Source: Elusimicrobiota bacterium (GTDB lineage Bacteria > Elusimicrobiota > Elusimicrobia > UBA1565 > UBA9628). Taken from it: 64,000 nt of DNA. This document shows, in pieces, positions 26,245-35,839 of the stretch. The DNA is taken from assembly GCA_016218575.1 (NCBI GenBank), contig JACRDN010000011.1, forward strand, positions 12,209 through 76,208. Direction: 5' to 3'. Each line of letters begins with the position of its first letter. Position 1 is the first letter of the stretch. Made by a program: the position numbers and the translations under genes. The notes beneath the pieces were generated by a model that saw only the letters and a list, made by a program, of their open reading frames with translations, searched no databases and was not told where the DNA came from.

Positions 26245-27332
26245 GATTGAAACGAATACTTCCAGTCATACTGCTCGCCAGTTCGGCGACTCCCGTGATA
26301 GCAGGAGTCGCCGAACTACGAGACGCCTTCAGCGAGTCCATCGAGCCAGACAAGAGGGCGAGGCATCTGGCCGAGCTCGCCCAGACCGCCCCGCAATCAC
26401 CGCGCGATGTCCAGGCCTTGTTCGACCTGTTCTCGCGCTTCGACGAGGCTCCGGTGCGCAACTCCGCTTTAAGCTCGCTGTCCCGGATGAGCCCGCACAG
26501 CCCGCTCCTCGAGCCGGTTTTCGCGCGCTACCTGGAGGAACCCGAGCCCGAGGCCCGCATTTTCGCGATCAAGGGAGCCTTGAGGCTCCGGGCCCAGTCG
26601 GCCCTGCCCTTGATCAAGAGGCTCGCCCGGGAGAACCTGGCCTTCAAAAGCCCGCAAGACGCGCAGTTGATCTCCGAAAAGAACGCTTGGTGGGTGCAGT
26701 ACGAGGCCTTGGCGGCTTTGGCCCAATGGGAGCCGGCCCAGGCCTTGCCCCTCATCAAGGCCAAGGCTTCGGATGCTCCCGAAGTAGCCAAGCTCATGGG
26801 CCTGTTCCTTTGGAAAGAATCACTTCCCCAAATCATCCAATGGTCCGGCTCCAAAAAGCCCGAGGACCGGGAAAGGGCCAAGCAGGCCCTCACCGTCCCC
26901 ACCCCGGCCGCGGCCCTGCGCGAGACCCGGACGGAGATGCTGAAAATACTCAGGGACCCTAAGGCCGACCCCGAGCTTAGGCATCAAATCGCCTTGAAGG
27001 TGGGACTGAGCTCGAATGAAGAGGAAGTGGGGGCCCTCCTCAAAGAGTACGAAGGCTTGCCCACTGCCGACGCGGCGAAGGACAAGCTCTACTTCTCGGC
27101 GGCGCTGTTCGCCTCTCACAGCCCGCAGGCGATTCCCGTCCTTGTCGAGCACGTCAAAACCCACCCCAACCCCGCCACCCGGAGCGGCGCCCTCCTCCAG
27201 CTCAAGGACATGCTGCCCGAGGCCGAGTACCGGGCTCTTCTCGACTGGGCCTCGAAGAACGACCCGGACCTCGAGCTGCGCGAGGAAGCCCTGCAGCAGC
27301 TCAAGGCCGGCGCCGCTTCAAAGCCGCGCTAA
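26241..27332 (+). CDS. Secreted HEAT/armadillo-like repeat protein
   Basis: Start trimmed to ATG 26241 (ATGA overlap with the nagZ stop). Signal peptide MRLKRILPVILLASSATPVIAG. Repeated RxxALxxL helical hairpins. Confidence 0.6.
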   Translation: MRLKRILPVILLASSATPVIAGVAELRDAFSESIEPDKRARHLAELAQTAPQSPRDVQALFDLFSRFDEAPVRNSALSSLSRMSPHSPLLEPVFARYLEEPEPEARIFAIKGALRLRAQSALPLIKRLARENLAFKSPQDAQLISEKNAWWVQYEALAALAQWEPAQALPLIKAKASDAPEVAKLMGLFLWKESLPQIIQWSGSKKPEDRERAKQALTVPTPAAALRETRTEMLKILRDPKADPELRHQIALKVGLSSNEEEVGALLKEYEGLPTADAAKDKLYFSAALFASHSPQAIPVLVEHVKTHPNPATRSGALLQLKDMLPEAEYRALLDWASKNDPDLELREEALQQLKAGAASKPR

Positions 27333-28255
27333 AACACCTTGTCCCAGAGAAACGCCCGTATTTTAGGCGGGCGGCCCGATTTGATGAATTTCATTCCTTT
27401 CTTTGCGGGGTCAATCGCCTCGTACATATACGAGTTGAATTTCGTATATTCGTCGTACAGAGCGTCCCTAAGATCAGCATCCCGCAACTGCACGTCATGG
27501 GAAATATTGGCTCCTCTCAGGTCGGCCCCGCGCAGATCCGCCCCCGTGAAATCAGCCCCTTGGAAGACGGCCCCGCTGAATACCGCGCCTCGGAAATCGG
27601 CGCCTTTCATGCTCCGCAGGAAAGAAAAATCCGTTCCCTGAAAATTGGCGTTCCTCAGGTCGGCTTTTTCAAATACTATAGAGTCGACGGTGGCCCATTG
27701 AAAATTGGCGCCCCGAAGAATGGCCCTTGTCATGTCCGGTCCGACAATGTAGGCATGGGCCAGGTTTACGTTGGCCATCTTCGTCCCGACCAGGAGAGTT
27801 AGGCTATTCACCCCGACCAGATTCGCGGCCATCAGATTCGCGCCGGTAAGGTCAGCATTGCTCAGGTCCACGTTGTAGTAGAGCAGCAAGCCCTTGAGGA
27901 CCGCTCCCCGCAAGTCGGCGTTAACCATCGGAGCAGGAGAAACTGCGTCATCAATGTTGACGCCGAGGCACTCTCCATACTTCGTCCGCGCCAGCAGGCC
28001 TGCCCGAATCGGGTTCCACCCCGACTTGCCCTTGGAGTCTTCGCAGTAATAGCTGATATTCCCAGATGAATCATTCGCAATCCGCCTCGCTCGCAGCCGA
28101 TAACCAGTCAAGCTGGGCAGTTTATGCGCTTGGCCCACGATATGCGCCACCTGTATATCGGCTTCTTTCCCGGCAAAGGATTGCGCGTATCCCGCGGGCG
28201 ACAGAAACGACGAATATAGAGCAACCAACATAGACCGAACAACGATTCGTTTCAT
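27329..28255 (-). CDS. Secreted pentapeptide-repeat protein
   Basis: Signal peptide MKRIVVRSMLVALYSSFLSPAGYAQS. The C-terminal half is tandem A(D/N)LxG-type pentapeptides (ADLRGADLRGANIS, ANLMAANLVGVN). Strong SD AAGGAGG 7 nt upstream. Confidence 0.8.
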   Translation of the reverse strand: MKRIVVRSMLVALYSSFLSPAGYAQSFAGKEADIQVAHIVGQAHKLPSLTGYRLRARRIANDSSGNISYYCEDSKGKSGWNPIRAGLLARTKYGECLGVNIDDAVSPAPMVNADLRGAVLKGLLLYYNVDLSNADLTGANLMAANLVGVNSLTLLVGTKMANVNLAHAYIVGPDMTRAILRGANFQWATVDSIVFEKADLRNANFQGTDFSFLRSMKGADFRGAVFSGAVFQGADFTGADLRGADLRGANISHDVQLRDADLRDALYDEYTKFNSYMYEAIDPAKKGMKFIKSGRPPKIRAFLWDKVF

Positions 28256-28473
28256 GTATATTCCTCCTTAAACTGCGTCCACAGAGTGTGCCTCGCGGCC
28301 TCCAACCGCGCAGGGGCCCTTCGGGCAAAAAAAAACGCAAAAAAGTCCTACTTTAATCTAGGCCTTTGGTACTACATCGTTTCTATTCCACCGCCGCCCA
28401 AATCCTGATCGACGAGCTGGAACGAGAACGAGTCCCCACCGGAACTCCCTGGCGACCGGGGACAAAGACAGCT

Positions 28474-29823
28474 CTAAAAAACAGCGCTCGAATTGCTCCT
28501 CGCAGAATCAAGCGCGAGATTTGGGCCCGCGACGGAGGACGCGTCGGGACCCGCCGAGGTACGGGCATGAAACACCCGGTGCCCGAGAACTAGCTCGAGG
28601 CAGCGGCGCACCACCGAAATCGCCTTGTGTTTTGCTCTCGTGCCGGTCAGCATGGCCTCAATATCCGCGATCGCGCGGTCGATGCGTCGGATCCCGGCTT
28701 TGCGCGCCAATCGACGGTCGAACTCCGCAAGGGACCGGCTGATCCAACTCGGGTGGAAAGCCCAAGAGTGTCTGGCCGCATCGTGGCGCGCGGTGTCGAG
28801 CGCCTCGTGGCGAAAGATCCGAAGCGCCGTGATCGCCAGGCGGGCAAGATAATGATTATGGCCGTCTCGCGCCAGCGAACGAACGGCCATGATGCAGTTC
28901 CTCGCGAAGAAGCCGTCGGCGAGGAGGCTGTGGGTCAAGAGACGAACATGGAAAAGACCGATGTTCTTCAAAATCCCTTCGATGACGGCCGCTTTGACCT
29001 CGACATGAGGGGACTCTTGAGCGATATCCTGGAGAGTGCCTGGAACGAGCGAGAGCCAGGGAAGCGGCGGGGGGTTGCCTTGAATCAGCCCTTGGACGAT
29101 CATCGTCTGGAACTCCGCGTCGGGGAAGCGTCGCGCCAACTGGACGAGGGATTCTGCCGCGCGCTGACTGAGAGCATAATCAGCCGTCGTATTGACCGTG
29201 GCGACATAACCGCGCGCCAAAGCCTGATCATCGGGAGAGGAGGAGGAGGCGGCGGCGGAACGAGCGTTTGCCAGCATCCGCGTTCCTGGCGCTGAGACGC
29301 CGGCGTCGGATGCTCGCAGCGGCTCGCGCTGCGCCAGGCCAGCCTGCATCGCTGCCAGCGCGACCGGCGTCCCGGCTTCTAGACGCCGATAGAAGTCGTC
29401 GACTCGGGGGCCGTCGCTGAGATCGAGCGATGCGATAAATAGCGCGCGCGCCATGTAGTCATTGCTCACGGCGTTCCCATCGTAGCCCGCAAGGGCGGCT
29501 GGGGCATTGAGTTGAGCTCCCTGAGCCATGGATTGAACTTGGGAGAAGGACATAGGGAACGATTGGGAGGGGTTGACCTGGAAGGCTTTTTGCAATGCCT
29601 TCAGGAGCGCTGGGTGGGGTTCAACGGAAATGTTTGCCGGCATGTTGAAGCGGGTGAAATTGTAATTGCTTAGAAAACACTCCGGCAAAACAACGGTTGG
29701 AAGCGGCCTGGTTTCAGGCGCGGAAATCAGATGTGTACGCGCGGCAAAGGCCGGCCCGGAGGATATAAGCTGCAGGCTTGCGGCCAGAGCGCTGACGCGC
29801 GGGAAATAGCCGATAATTGCCAT
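28474..29823 (-). CDS. Hypothetical protein (orphan, 449 aa)
   Basis: Long ORF with balanced amino-acid composition and a possible N-terminal signal (VSALAASLQLISSGPAFAA). TAAAAT lies 6 nt upstream of the ATG. I recognise no family. Confidence 0.5.
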   Translation of the reverse strand: MAIIGYFPRVSALAASLQLISSGPAFAARTHLISAPETRPLPTVVLPECFLSNYNFTRFNMPANISVEPHPALLKALQKAFQVNPSQSFPMSFSQVQSMAQGAQLNAPAALAGYDGNAVSNDYMARALFIASLDLSDGPRVDDFYRRLEAGTPVALAAMQAGLAQREPLRASDAGVSAPGTRMLANARSAAASSSSPDDQALARGYVATVNTTADYALSQRAAESLVQLARRFPDAEFQTMIVQGLIQGNPPPLPWLSLVPGTLQDIAQESPHVEVKAAVIEGILKNIGLFHVRLLTHSLLADGFFARNCIMAVRSLARDGHNHYLARLAITALRIFRHEALDTARHDAARHSWAFHPSWISRSLAEFDRRLARKAGIRRIDRAIADIEAMLTGTRAKHKAISVVRRCLELVLGHRVFHARTSAGPDASSVAGPNLALDSARSNSSAVF

Positions 29824-30028
29824 GAATACATTTTAGCCGAGCATCTATTCTCCCACATGAGACATTTGGTACCTTAGGGAAGGGACAATAGACCTATAGC
29901 GCCAGGGAGCTCTTATTTTGCCCGCTTGAGCCAGGCTTCCCAGGCCTGCTCGCAGAACGAGCTATTCGTTAAGGCGCACCGCCGTCACCGGAGATTAGCC
30001 CCACTTCCAAATTTGCTAATCTTGATAA

Positions 30029-30724
30029 ATGCTTTATATTGTCCCGACTCCCCTCGGAAACCTGGAGGATATGCCCCCGCGGGCGGTGAAAGTGCTCAAG
30101 GAGGTCGCGGGGGTTTTTTGCGAGGATACCCGGCGCACCCGGAACCTCATGTCCCACTTCGGCATTCCGACGCCGCTTTATCGCTACCACGAACAGGATC
30201 CGCGCAGCGTGGAGGGGCTTCTCGGGCGCTTGAGGCAGGGACAGAACTGCGCCTTGGTCTCTGACGCAGGCCTGCCCGGAATCTCCGATCCGGGAGGCAA
30301 GGTGGTCTGCCTGGCGCGGCAGGCCGGGCTCCCGGTGACGGCCCTGCCGGGGCCGAGTGCTGTGACGGCGGCTCTGGCGGGCTCGGGCCTTCCGGCCGAC
30401 TCCTTCGTCTTTCTGGGCTTTTTGCCCCGTTCCGAGACGAGGCAGAAGAGAATCTTAGCCCAAGCCGCAGCCTTGGGGAAGACCTTGGTGATCTACGAGT
30501 CCCCCCACAGAGTCGTGAAGCTCCTCGCCCATGCCGAGATGGTGCTCGGGCCCTCGGCCCGGGCCTGTGCGGTGCGCGAGCTCTCCAAAATGCACGAGGA
30601 GTGGTTGCACGGAACTGTGGCCGAGGTCCGGCGCATCCTCGAGGAGCGGCCTCAAATTCTCGGGGAGTTCGTCGTCATGACGCACCCGGAGAAGAATCAT
30701 GCCCGCGACGATCATTCGGCTTAA
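30029..30724 (+). CDS. rsmI: 16S rRNA (cytidine1402-2'-O)-methyltransferase
   Basis: MLYIVPTPLGNLEDMPPRAVKVLKEV...FCEDTRRT...SDAGLPGISDPG...ESPHR. Confidence 0.9.
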   Translation: MLYIVPTPLGNLEDMPPRAVKVLKEVAGVFCEDTRRTRNLMSHFGIPTPLYRYHEQDPRSVEGLLGRLRQGQNCALVSDAGLPGISDPGGKVVCLARQAGLPVTALPGPSAVTAALAGSGLPADSFVFLGFLPRSETRQKRILAQAAALGKTLVIYESPHRVVKLLAHAEMVLGPSARACAVRELSKMHEEWLHGTVAEVRRILEERPQILGEFVVMTHPEKNHARDDHSA

Positions 30725-31346
30725 ACCAGGGGAAGAGCTCTCCCCAGAGGCCGTCCATCTCTTGGCCGAGGCGGCCAAGGCCTGCAAAATAATCGCCTTC
30801 CCCACGGACACGGTCTACGGCCTGGGTTCGACCGGCCTCGTCAAGGCCGCGGCGCGAAGAATTTACCAGATTAAAGGGAGAAGCTCCTTGAAACCCTTGC
30901 CCATCCTCGTCTCCTCGGCCCAAGAAGCCCGGCGCTGGGTCGAGTGGACCCCCGCGGCCGAGGCTCTCTCCCGCAAGTTCTGGCCGGGGGCCCTGACTCT
31001 GGCGCTGCGCCCCACCCAGGAAGGCAGGCTCCTGACCTTCGCCGAATACCCGACCGTGGCCATCCGCGTGCCCGGGCACCCGCTTCTGCTCAAGCTCTTG
31101 GAAGCCTCGGCAATTCCCTGGGTCTCCACCAGCGCCAATCTCTCTGGCTCGCCCGCCCTCACCGAGGGCGCCGAGGTCGCCCGGCAATTCCAGGGCCTGG
31201 CCGATTTCATCATAGACGCGGGACCCGTCCCTGGCCGTGAGTCCACTATGGTGGACGCCGGTAACACGGCCCCGCGAATACTCCGCCAGGGCGTCGTCGC
31301 GGCGGAGGAGATTCACAAGGCTTTAAAGGAGAGCTCGACCGCTTGA
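30699..31346 (+). CDS. tsaC: L-threonylcarbamoyladenylate synthase (YrdC/Sua5/YwlC family)
   Basis: 215 aa. IIAFPTDTVYGLG, WPGALTL, AIRVPGHP, TSANLSG. Confidence 0.85.
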   Translation: MPATIIRLKPGEELSPEAVHLLAEAAKACKIIAFPTDTVYGLGSTGLVKAAARRIYQIKGRSSLKPLPILVSSAQEARRWVEWTPAAEALSRKFWPGALTLALRPTQEGRLLTFAEYPTVAIRVPGHPLLLKLLEASAIPWVSTSANLSGSPALTEGAEVARQFQGLADFIIDAGPVPGRESTMVDAGNTAPRILRQGVVAAEEIHKALKESSTA

Positions 31347-31816
31347 ATAAAAAGAATTTATTATTCATCTGCACGGGCAACAGCTGCCGCAGCGTGATGG
31401 CCGAGCTCCTGGCCAAGAAGCTCGCCGCCGAGAGGGGCCTTCCCGTCGAAGCCAAGTCCTGCGGCGTGGCGGCCCATCCCGATTTTCAGATCCCCCCCGG
31501 CGTCTTCGCGGCCATGGAGAGGGAGGCAATCCGCCAGTTCGAGCACACCCCCCAGCCCGCGACCAAGGACCTTCTCGATTGGGCCGACCTGGTTCTCGTC
31601 ATGACCTCGGGGCACCGAGAGACCGTCCTGAAGCGCCACCCCGAGGCGGCGGCAAAGACCTTCCTCCTGCGCGCCTACGCCGGCCTCGGCGACGAGAACA
31701 TAGAGGACCCCATCGGCTGGCCCGACCCGATTTACGCGCAGTGCTGTGCGAAAATAAAGGAGGCCGTCTCTCGCCTCCTTGACAAAGCGTGCCGTGTTGG
31801 CGAGGATTTGAAATGA
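31343..31816 (+). CDS. ywlE: Low-molecular-weight protein phosphatase (Arg/Tyr), YwlE-like
   Basis: TTG start (TTGA overlap with the tsaC stop; AAGGAG upstream). [16 protein letters not shown] is the CX5R(S) P-loop. C-terminal DP motif. Confidence 0.85.
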   Translation: MNKKNLLFICTGNSCRSVMAELLAKKLAAERGLPVEAKSCGVAAHPDFQIPPGVFAAMEREAIRQFEHTPQPATKDLLDWADLVLVMTSGHRETVLKRHPEAAAKTFLLRAYAGLGDENIEDPIGWPDPIYAQCCAKIKEAVSRLLDKACRVGEDLK

Positions 31817-33084
31817 ATGTTTTAAAAGACCAAGACCCCGAGCTCTTCGCGTCCCTGGCCGGCGAGGCCCGCAGGCAGGCCGAAAACCTGGAGCTCATCG
31901 CCTCGGAGAACTACGCCTCGGAGGCGGTGCTGGAGGCGCAGGGCTCCCTTCTCACCAACAAATACGCCGAGGGCTACCCCGGCAAGCGCTACTACGGCGG
32001 CTGCGAGTTCGTGGACGTGGCGGAGACCTTGGCGATCGAACGGGCCAAGCGGCTTTTCGGGGCCGAGCACGCCAACGTCCAGCCCCATTCCGGGACCCAG
32101 GCCAACATATCCATGTACCTCTCCGTGCTCTCTCCAGGCGACACGGTGATGGGCTTGAACCTCGCCCACGGAGGGCACCTCTCCCACGGGCATCCCCTGA
32201 ACTTCTCCGGAAAGTTCTTCAAGATCGTGCCCATCAACGTGAGCCGCGAGACCGAACTCATAGACTACGACGAAGCCGAGCGCATGGCCCAGGAGCACAA
32301 GCCCAAGATGATTTTCGCGGGAGCGTCCAATTACTCCCGGGTCTTCGATTGGGCCCGGCTCAAGAGAATCGCCGACTCCATCGGGGCCTATTTCGCGGCG
32401 GACATGGCCCATTACGCGGGCTTGGTCGCGGCGGGAGTCTACCCCTCCCCAGTCCCCTTCACGGATTTTACCACCAGCACCACGCACAAGACCTTGCGAG
32501 GCCCCCGGGGCGGGCTCATCCTCTGCCGGGCCAAGCACGCCCAGGCCGTGGACAAGATCAATTTTCCCGGCACCCAAGGGGGACCGCTCATGCACGTGAT
32601 CGCGGCCAAGGCCGTGTGCTTTGCGGAGGCCTTGCGGCCGGAGTTCAAGCAGTACCAGAGGAACGTCGTCGCCAATGCGCGGCACCTCTCCCAAGCCCTG
32701 GCAAGCCAGGGCTTCCGCGTCGTGGCCGGCGGCACGGACTGCCACCTCTTCTCACTCGATCTTCGCCCCAAGAACACCACCGGCAAGGAGGCCGAGGAAG
32801 CCCTGGACAAGGCCGGGATCACCGTGAACAAGAACGCCATCCCCTACGACCCCCAGAAGCCCTTTATCGCCTCTGGCGTGCGCATCGGCACCCCGGCCGT
32901 CACCACCCGCGGCATGGGCGAGCCCGAGATGGACCTCATCGCCCAGCTCATCGCCGAAGCCGTCGCCGCCCGCCAGGATGACGCAAAGCTCAAGGCCCTG
33001 CGCCAAGAGGTGAAGAAACTGTGCGGGCGATTCCCAATCTACCCGAATCTCATGAAGGCCTATCTCCAGGAACAGGCATCATGA
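31813..33084 (+). CDS. glyA: Serine hydroxymethyltransferase
   Basis: Start trimmed to ATG 31813 (ATGA overlap). [38 protein letters not shown] (PLP lysine). Confidence 0.95.
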   Translation: MNVLKDQDPELFASLAGEARRQAENLELIASENYASEAVLEAQGSLLTNKYAEGYPGKRYYGGCEFVDVAETLAIERAKRLFGAEHANVQPHSGTQANISMYLSVLSPGDTVMGLNLAHGGHLSHGHPLNFSGKFFKIVPINVSRETELIDYDEAERMAQEHKPKMIFAGASNYSRVFDWARLKRIADSIGAYFAADMAHYAGLVAAGVYPSPVPFTDFTTSTTHKTLRGPRGGLILCRAKHAQAVDKINFPGTQGGPLMHVIAAKAVCFAEALRPEFKQYQRNVVANARHLSQALASQGFRVVAGGTDCHLFSLDLRPKNTTGKEAEEALDKAGITVNKNAIPYDPQKPFIASGVRIGTPAVTTRGMGEPEMDLIAQLIAEAVAARQDDAKLKALRQEVKKLCGRFPIYPNLMKAYLQEQAS

Positions 33085-33977
33085 AAAACATCGCGAAAAA
33101 AGACACGCGCCCCGCCCGCTGCCTCATTGGGGTGATCGGAGGCAGCGGGCTTTATGAAATGGCCAGCTTCTCCAAGGCCCGCTCTTTGAACGTGAAAACC
33201 CCCTTCGGCCCGCCCTCCGGCCCGATTCGCGTTGGAGAGCTGCGCGGGGTCCCCTGCGCCTTCCTGCCCCGGCATGGCCCAGGCCATGTCCTACTTCCCT
33301 CCGAGCTCAACAGCCGCGCCAACATCTACGCCCTGAAATCCCTGGGGATTGAAAAAATCATCTCGATCGGAGCGGTCGGCTCTCTTAAAGAAGAGCTGCC
33401 TCCCCGACATTTTGTTTTCCCGGACCAGCTCGCCGATGAGACCAAGGGCCGCCCCTCCACTTTCTTCGGGGAGGGAATCGTGGCCCATGTCGCCTTTGAT
33501 AAGCCCTTTTGCCTGGCGCAGTCGCGCCTCCTCCACGGCGTAGCCGAGCGCATCGGGATCACCGCCCACTGGGGCGGGACCTACATCTGCATGGAGGGCC
33601 CCGCCTTCTCGACCAAGGCCGAGTCCGAGTTCCACCGCAAAATGGGCTACTCCGTGATCGGAATGACCGCTCTTCCCGAGGCCAAGCTCGCCCGGGAGGC
33701 GGAGATTTGCTACTCCACCGTGGCCTTGGTCACGGACTACGACTGCTGGAAGGAGGGCGAGGAGGTCTCCAGCGACAAGGTGGTCGAGAATCTTCTTGCC
33801 AACGTGAACAACGCCCGGCGCCTCCTGGAAGAGGCCGTGGGCCAAGCCGCCGAGCGCCCGCGGAACTGCCCCTGCGCCGAGGCTTTGAAGGGCGCTATCT
33901 TCACCAATCCCAAGTCCATGAACAAAAAAATATTAAAAAAACTCTCCCTCTTAGTCGGGAAATACATCAAGCCATGA
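33081..33977 (+). CDS. mtnP: S-methyl-5'-thioadenosine phosphorylase
   Basis: Start ATG 33081 (ATGA overlap). [10 protein letters not shown]...FLPRHG.GH...[15 protein letters not shown]...ISIGAVGSL. Confidence 0.85.
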   Translation: MKNIAKKDTRPARCLIGVIGGSGLYEMASFSKARSLNVKTPFGPPSGPIRVGELRGVPCAFLPRHGPGHVLLPSELNSRANIYALKSLGIEKIISIGAVGSLKEELPPRHFVFPDQLADETKGRPSTFFGEGIVAHVAFDKPFCLAQSRLLHGVAERIGITAHWGGTYICMEGPAFSTKAESEFHRKMGYSVIGMTALPEAKLAREAEICYSTVALVTDYDCWKEGEEVSSDKVVENLLANVNNARRLLEEAVGQAAERPRNCPCAEALKGAIFTNPKSMNKKILKKLSLLVGKYIKP

Positions 33978-35038
33978 AAGACATCCTGCGACTCCTGCCT
34001 AAAACAGACATCCACTGCCACTTGGACGGCTCTCTGCGGCCGGCCACGGTCTTGGAACTCGCCCAACGCTACCGCGTGGAGATGCCGGCCGACAACGTAG
34101 CGGAGCTAACACCCTTCGTCCAGGTCCCGGAGAGCTGCCGCTCCCTCAAGGAGTTCATAGACATCTTCGAGCTTCTCCTGCCGGTGCTTTGCCATCCAGA
34201 GGCCGCCCAGCGCGCCGCCTACGAGCTCGTGGAGGACTGCGCGGCCGACAACATACGGCACGTAGAGGCGCGCTTTGCGCCGGAGCTTCTGCGCACCGCC
34301 TCCTTCTCCACGGACCAGGTGGTCGAGGCCACGCTTAAGGGTCTCAAGGCGGGCTTTAAGGACTTCGGGACCACGAGCTCGGTGATCATTTGTCTTTTTC
34401 GTTCGCATGGGCCCAAGGAGAACCGCCGGGCCTTCGAAACCCTCAAGAAATTCTTCGACGCCGACGCCAAGCCAGAGGAGCCCGCCGTGGTGGGCCTCGA
34501 CGTCGCCGGAGACGAGGCCCGCTACCCCACCTCCCAGTACGCGTCCTTCTACGAGGAAGCTCGGGAGCTCGGGATACACACCACCTGCCACGCGGGCGAG
34601 ACCGTGGGCACCGCCAACCTCTCCGCGGCTTTGGACCTGCAGGTCGAGCGCATCGGCCACGGCATCCACCTCATGGAGGACGAGTCCCTCCTGCGGGAGG
34701 TGGTGCGGCGCAAGATCCCCCTCGAGATCGGGATCAGCTCCAACGTAAGGACCAAGTCCGTGCCCAGCTTCGAGAGCCACCCGGCCCTCTCCTTCCACCG
34801 GGCCGGGGTCCCGATCACTTTCAACACCGACGACCGCGGGGTCCTGGGCATAGACCTGACCCACGAGTACGCGGAGGCGCTGAGGCTGGGATTTACCTTG
34901 GAGGAGGTCGCCCGGCTCTCCACGGACTCGACCGACCACCTCTTCCTCCCCCGGGCCGAGCGCGAAAAGCTCCGGCACAAGTTCGAGGCGGAGATAAGGA
35001 CACTCCTTGATGTGCGAAATGGACAAAAGGTTGCCTAA
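33974..35038 (+). CDS. add: Adenosine deaminase
   Basis: Start ATG 33974 (ATGA overlap). LPKTDIHCHLDGSLRP, TCHAGE, RIGHG, FNTDDRGV. Confidence 0.9.
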   Translation: MKDILRLLPKTDIHCHLDGSLRPATVLELAQRYRVEMPADNVAELTPFVQVPESCRSLKEFIDIFELLLPVLCHPEAAQRAAYELVEDCAADNIRHVEARFAPELLRTASFSTDQVVEATLKGLKAGFKDFGTTSSVIICLFRSHGPKENRRAFETLKKFFDADAKPEEPAVVGLDVAGDEARYPTSQYASFYEEARELGIHTTCHAGETVGTANLSAALDLQVERIGHGIHLMEDESLLREVVRRKIPLEIGISSNVRTKSVPSFESHPALSFHRAGVPITFNTDDRGVLGIDLTHEYAEALRLGFTLEEVARLSTDSTDHLFLPRAEREKLRHKFEAEIRTLLDVRNGQKVA

Positions 35039-35459
35039 GCGAACTCACCCGCACACCGAACTTATCGAAGCCGCGGTCTCGGCCCGCAAGAATGCCTATT
35101 GCCCTTATTCCCGCTACTCAGTGGGAGCCGCGGTGCTCACCGAGGATGGAGAGCTCTTCACCGGCTGCAACATCGAAAACGCCTCCTACGGGCTCAGCCT
35201 ATGCGCCGAGAGAGTCGCCGTTTTCAACGCCATGAGCCGCAAGCGCGTCCGATTGGCCGCGGTGTGCGTGGCGGCCCGGCTCTCCACCCCCTGCGGGGCC
35301 TGCCGGCAGGTGCTGGCGGAGTTCGCCGCACCTGAGCTAGAACTCTACCTGGTGGACATAAACTTGAGAAACGGCCAGCGGCGCGTACGCCATGTTACTC
35401 TAAAAGAACTCCTCCCCATTCCTTTTGACCCACTCCAAGCCGGACTGATAAAACTATGA
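35010..35459 (+). CDS. cdd: Cytidine deaminase
   Basis: NAYCPYSRYSVGAAV...GCNIENASYGLSLCAERVA...PCGACRQ zinc motifs. The start is either ATG 35010 or ATG 35019. Confidence 0.9.
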   Translation: MCEMDKRLPKRTHPHTELIEAAVSARKNAYCPYSRYSVGAAVLTEDGELFTGCNIENASYGLSLCAERVAVFNAMSRKRVRLAAVCVAARLSTPCGACRQVLAEFAAPELELYLVDINLRNGQRRVRHVTLKELLPIPFDPLQAGLIKL

Positions 35460-35839
35460 AAACAGACCACCTCAAGGAAATCATCTCCTGGATCAAGACC
35501 ACGGATCTCATCGAGGTCAGCTTCAAGGACGGGGCCAAGGGCTTCTCCTTCTCCTCCGCGGGCGAGGCCCAAGCCCCGCATTTCCCGATCCCGCCCAGCC
35601 GCTACCGCCCGGTCTGCGCCCCCGCGGTGGGGATATTCCAGTGGAGCGAACTCGGCCGGGCCCGCAAGGCCGAGGAAGGAGCGGCCGTGTCAGAAGGAGA
35701 CGTTTTGGGAGTGATCGAAAAGGGCAAGGGAGCCGTGGCCCAGGTCCTTTCCCCCTGCGCGGGACGAGTGGCGCGCGTCATGGTCGAGGGCGGCGGCCCC
35801 GTGGAATACGGGCAGCCTCTCCTGTTCATCGAGACCTGA
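35456..35839 (+). CDS. accB: Biotin carboxyl carrier protein-like (AccB) with a non-canonical biotinylation motif
   Basis: 127 aa, immediately upstream of accC. APAVGIFQ...GDVLGVIEKGKGAVAQVLSPCAGRVARVMVEGGGPVEYGQPLLFIE aligns with E. coli SPMVGTFY...[45 protein letters not shown]. Confidence 0.7.
   Translation: MKTDHLKEIISWIKTTDLIEVSFKDGAKGFSFSSAGEAQAPHFPIPPSRYRPVCAPAVGIFQWSELGRARKAEEGAAVSEGDVLGVIEKGKGAVAQVLSPCAGRVARVMVEGGGPVEYGQPLLFIET

Noticed and set aside
27480-27900. Short-period DNA repetition that could suggest a tandem repeat or CRISPR-like array
   Set aside because: The periodicity is the 15-nt coding repeat of pentapeptide units within a continuous ORF. There are no spacer/repeat alternation or conserved direct repeats. 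I saw no CRISPR array anywhere in the window.
28316-28335. GCCCTTCGGGC hairpin followed by A9, read as a rho-independent terminator
   Set aside because: No plus-strand gene precedes it. On the minus strand the T-run comes before the hairpin rather than after it. It lies in the 5' region of the pentapeptide gene, so at most it is a leader or UP-element feature.
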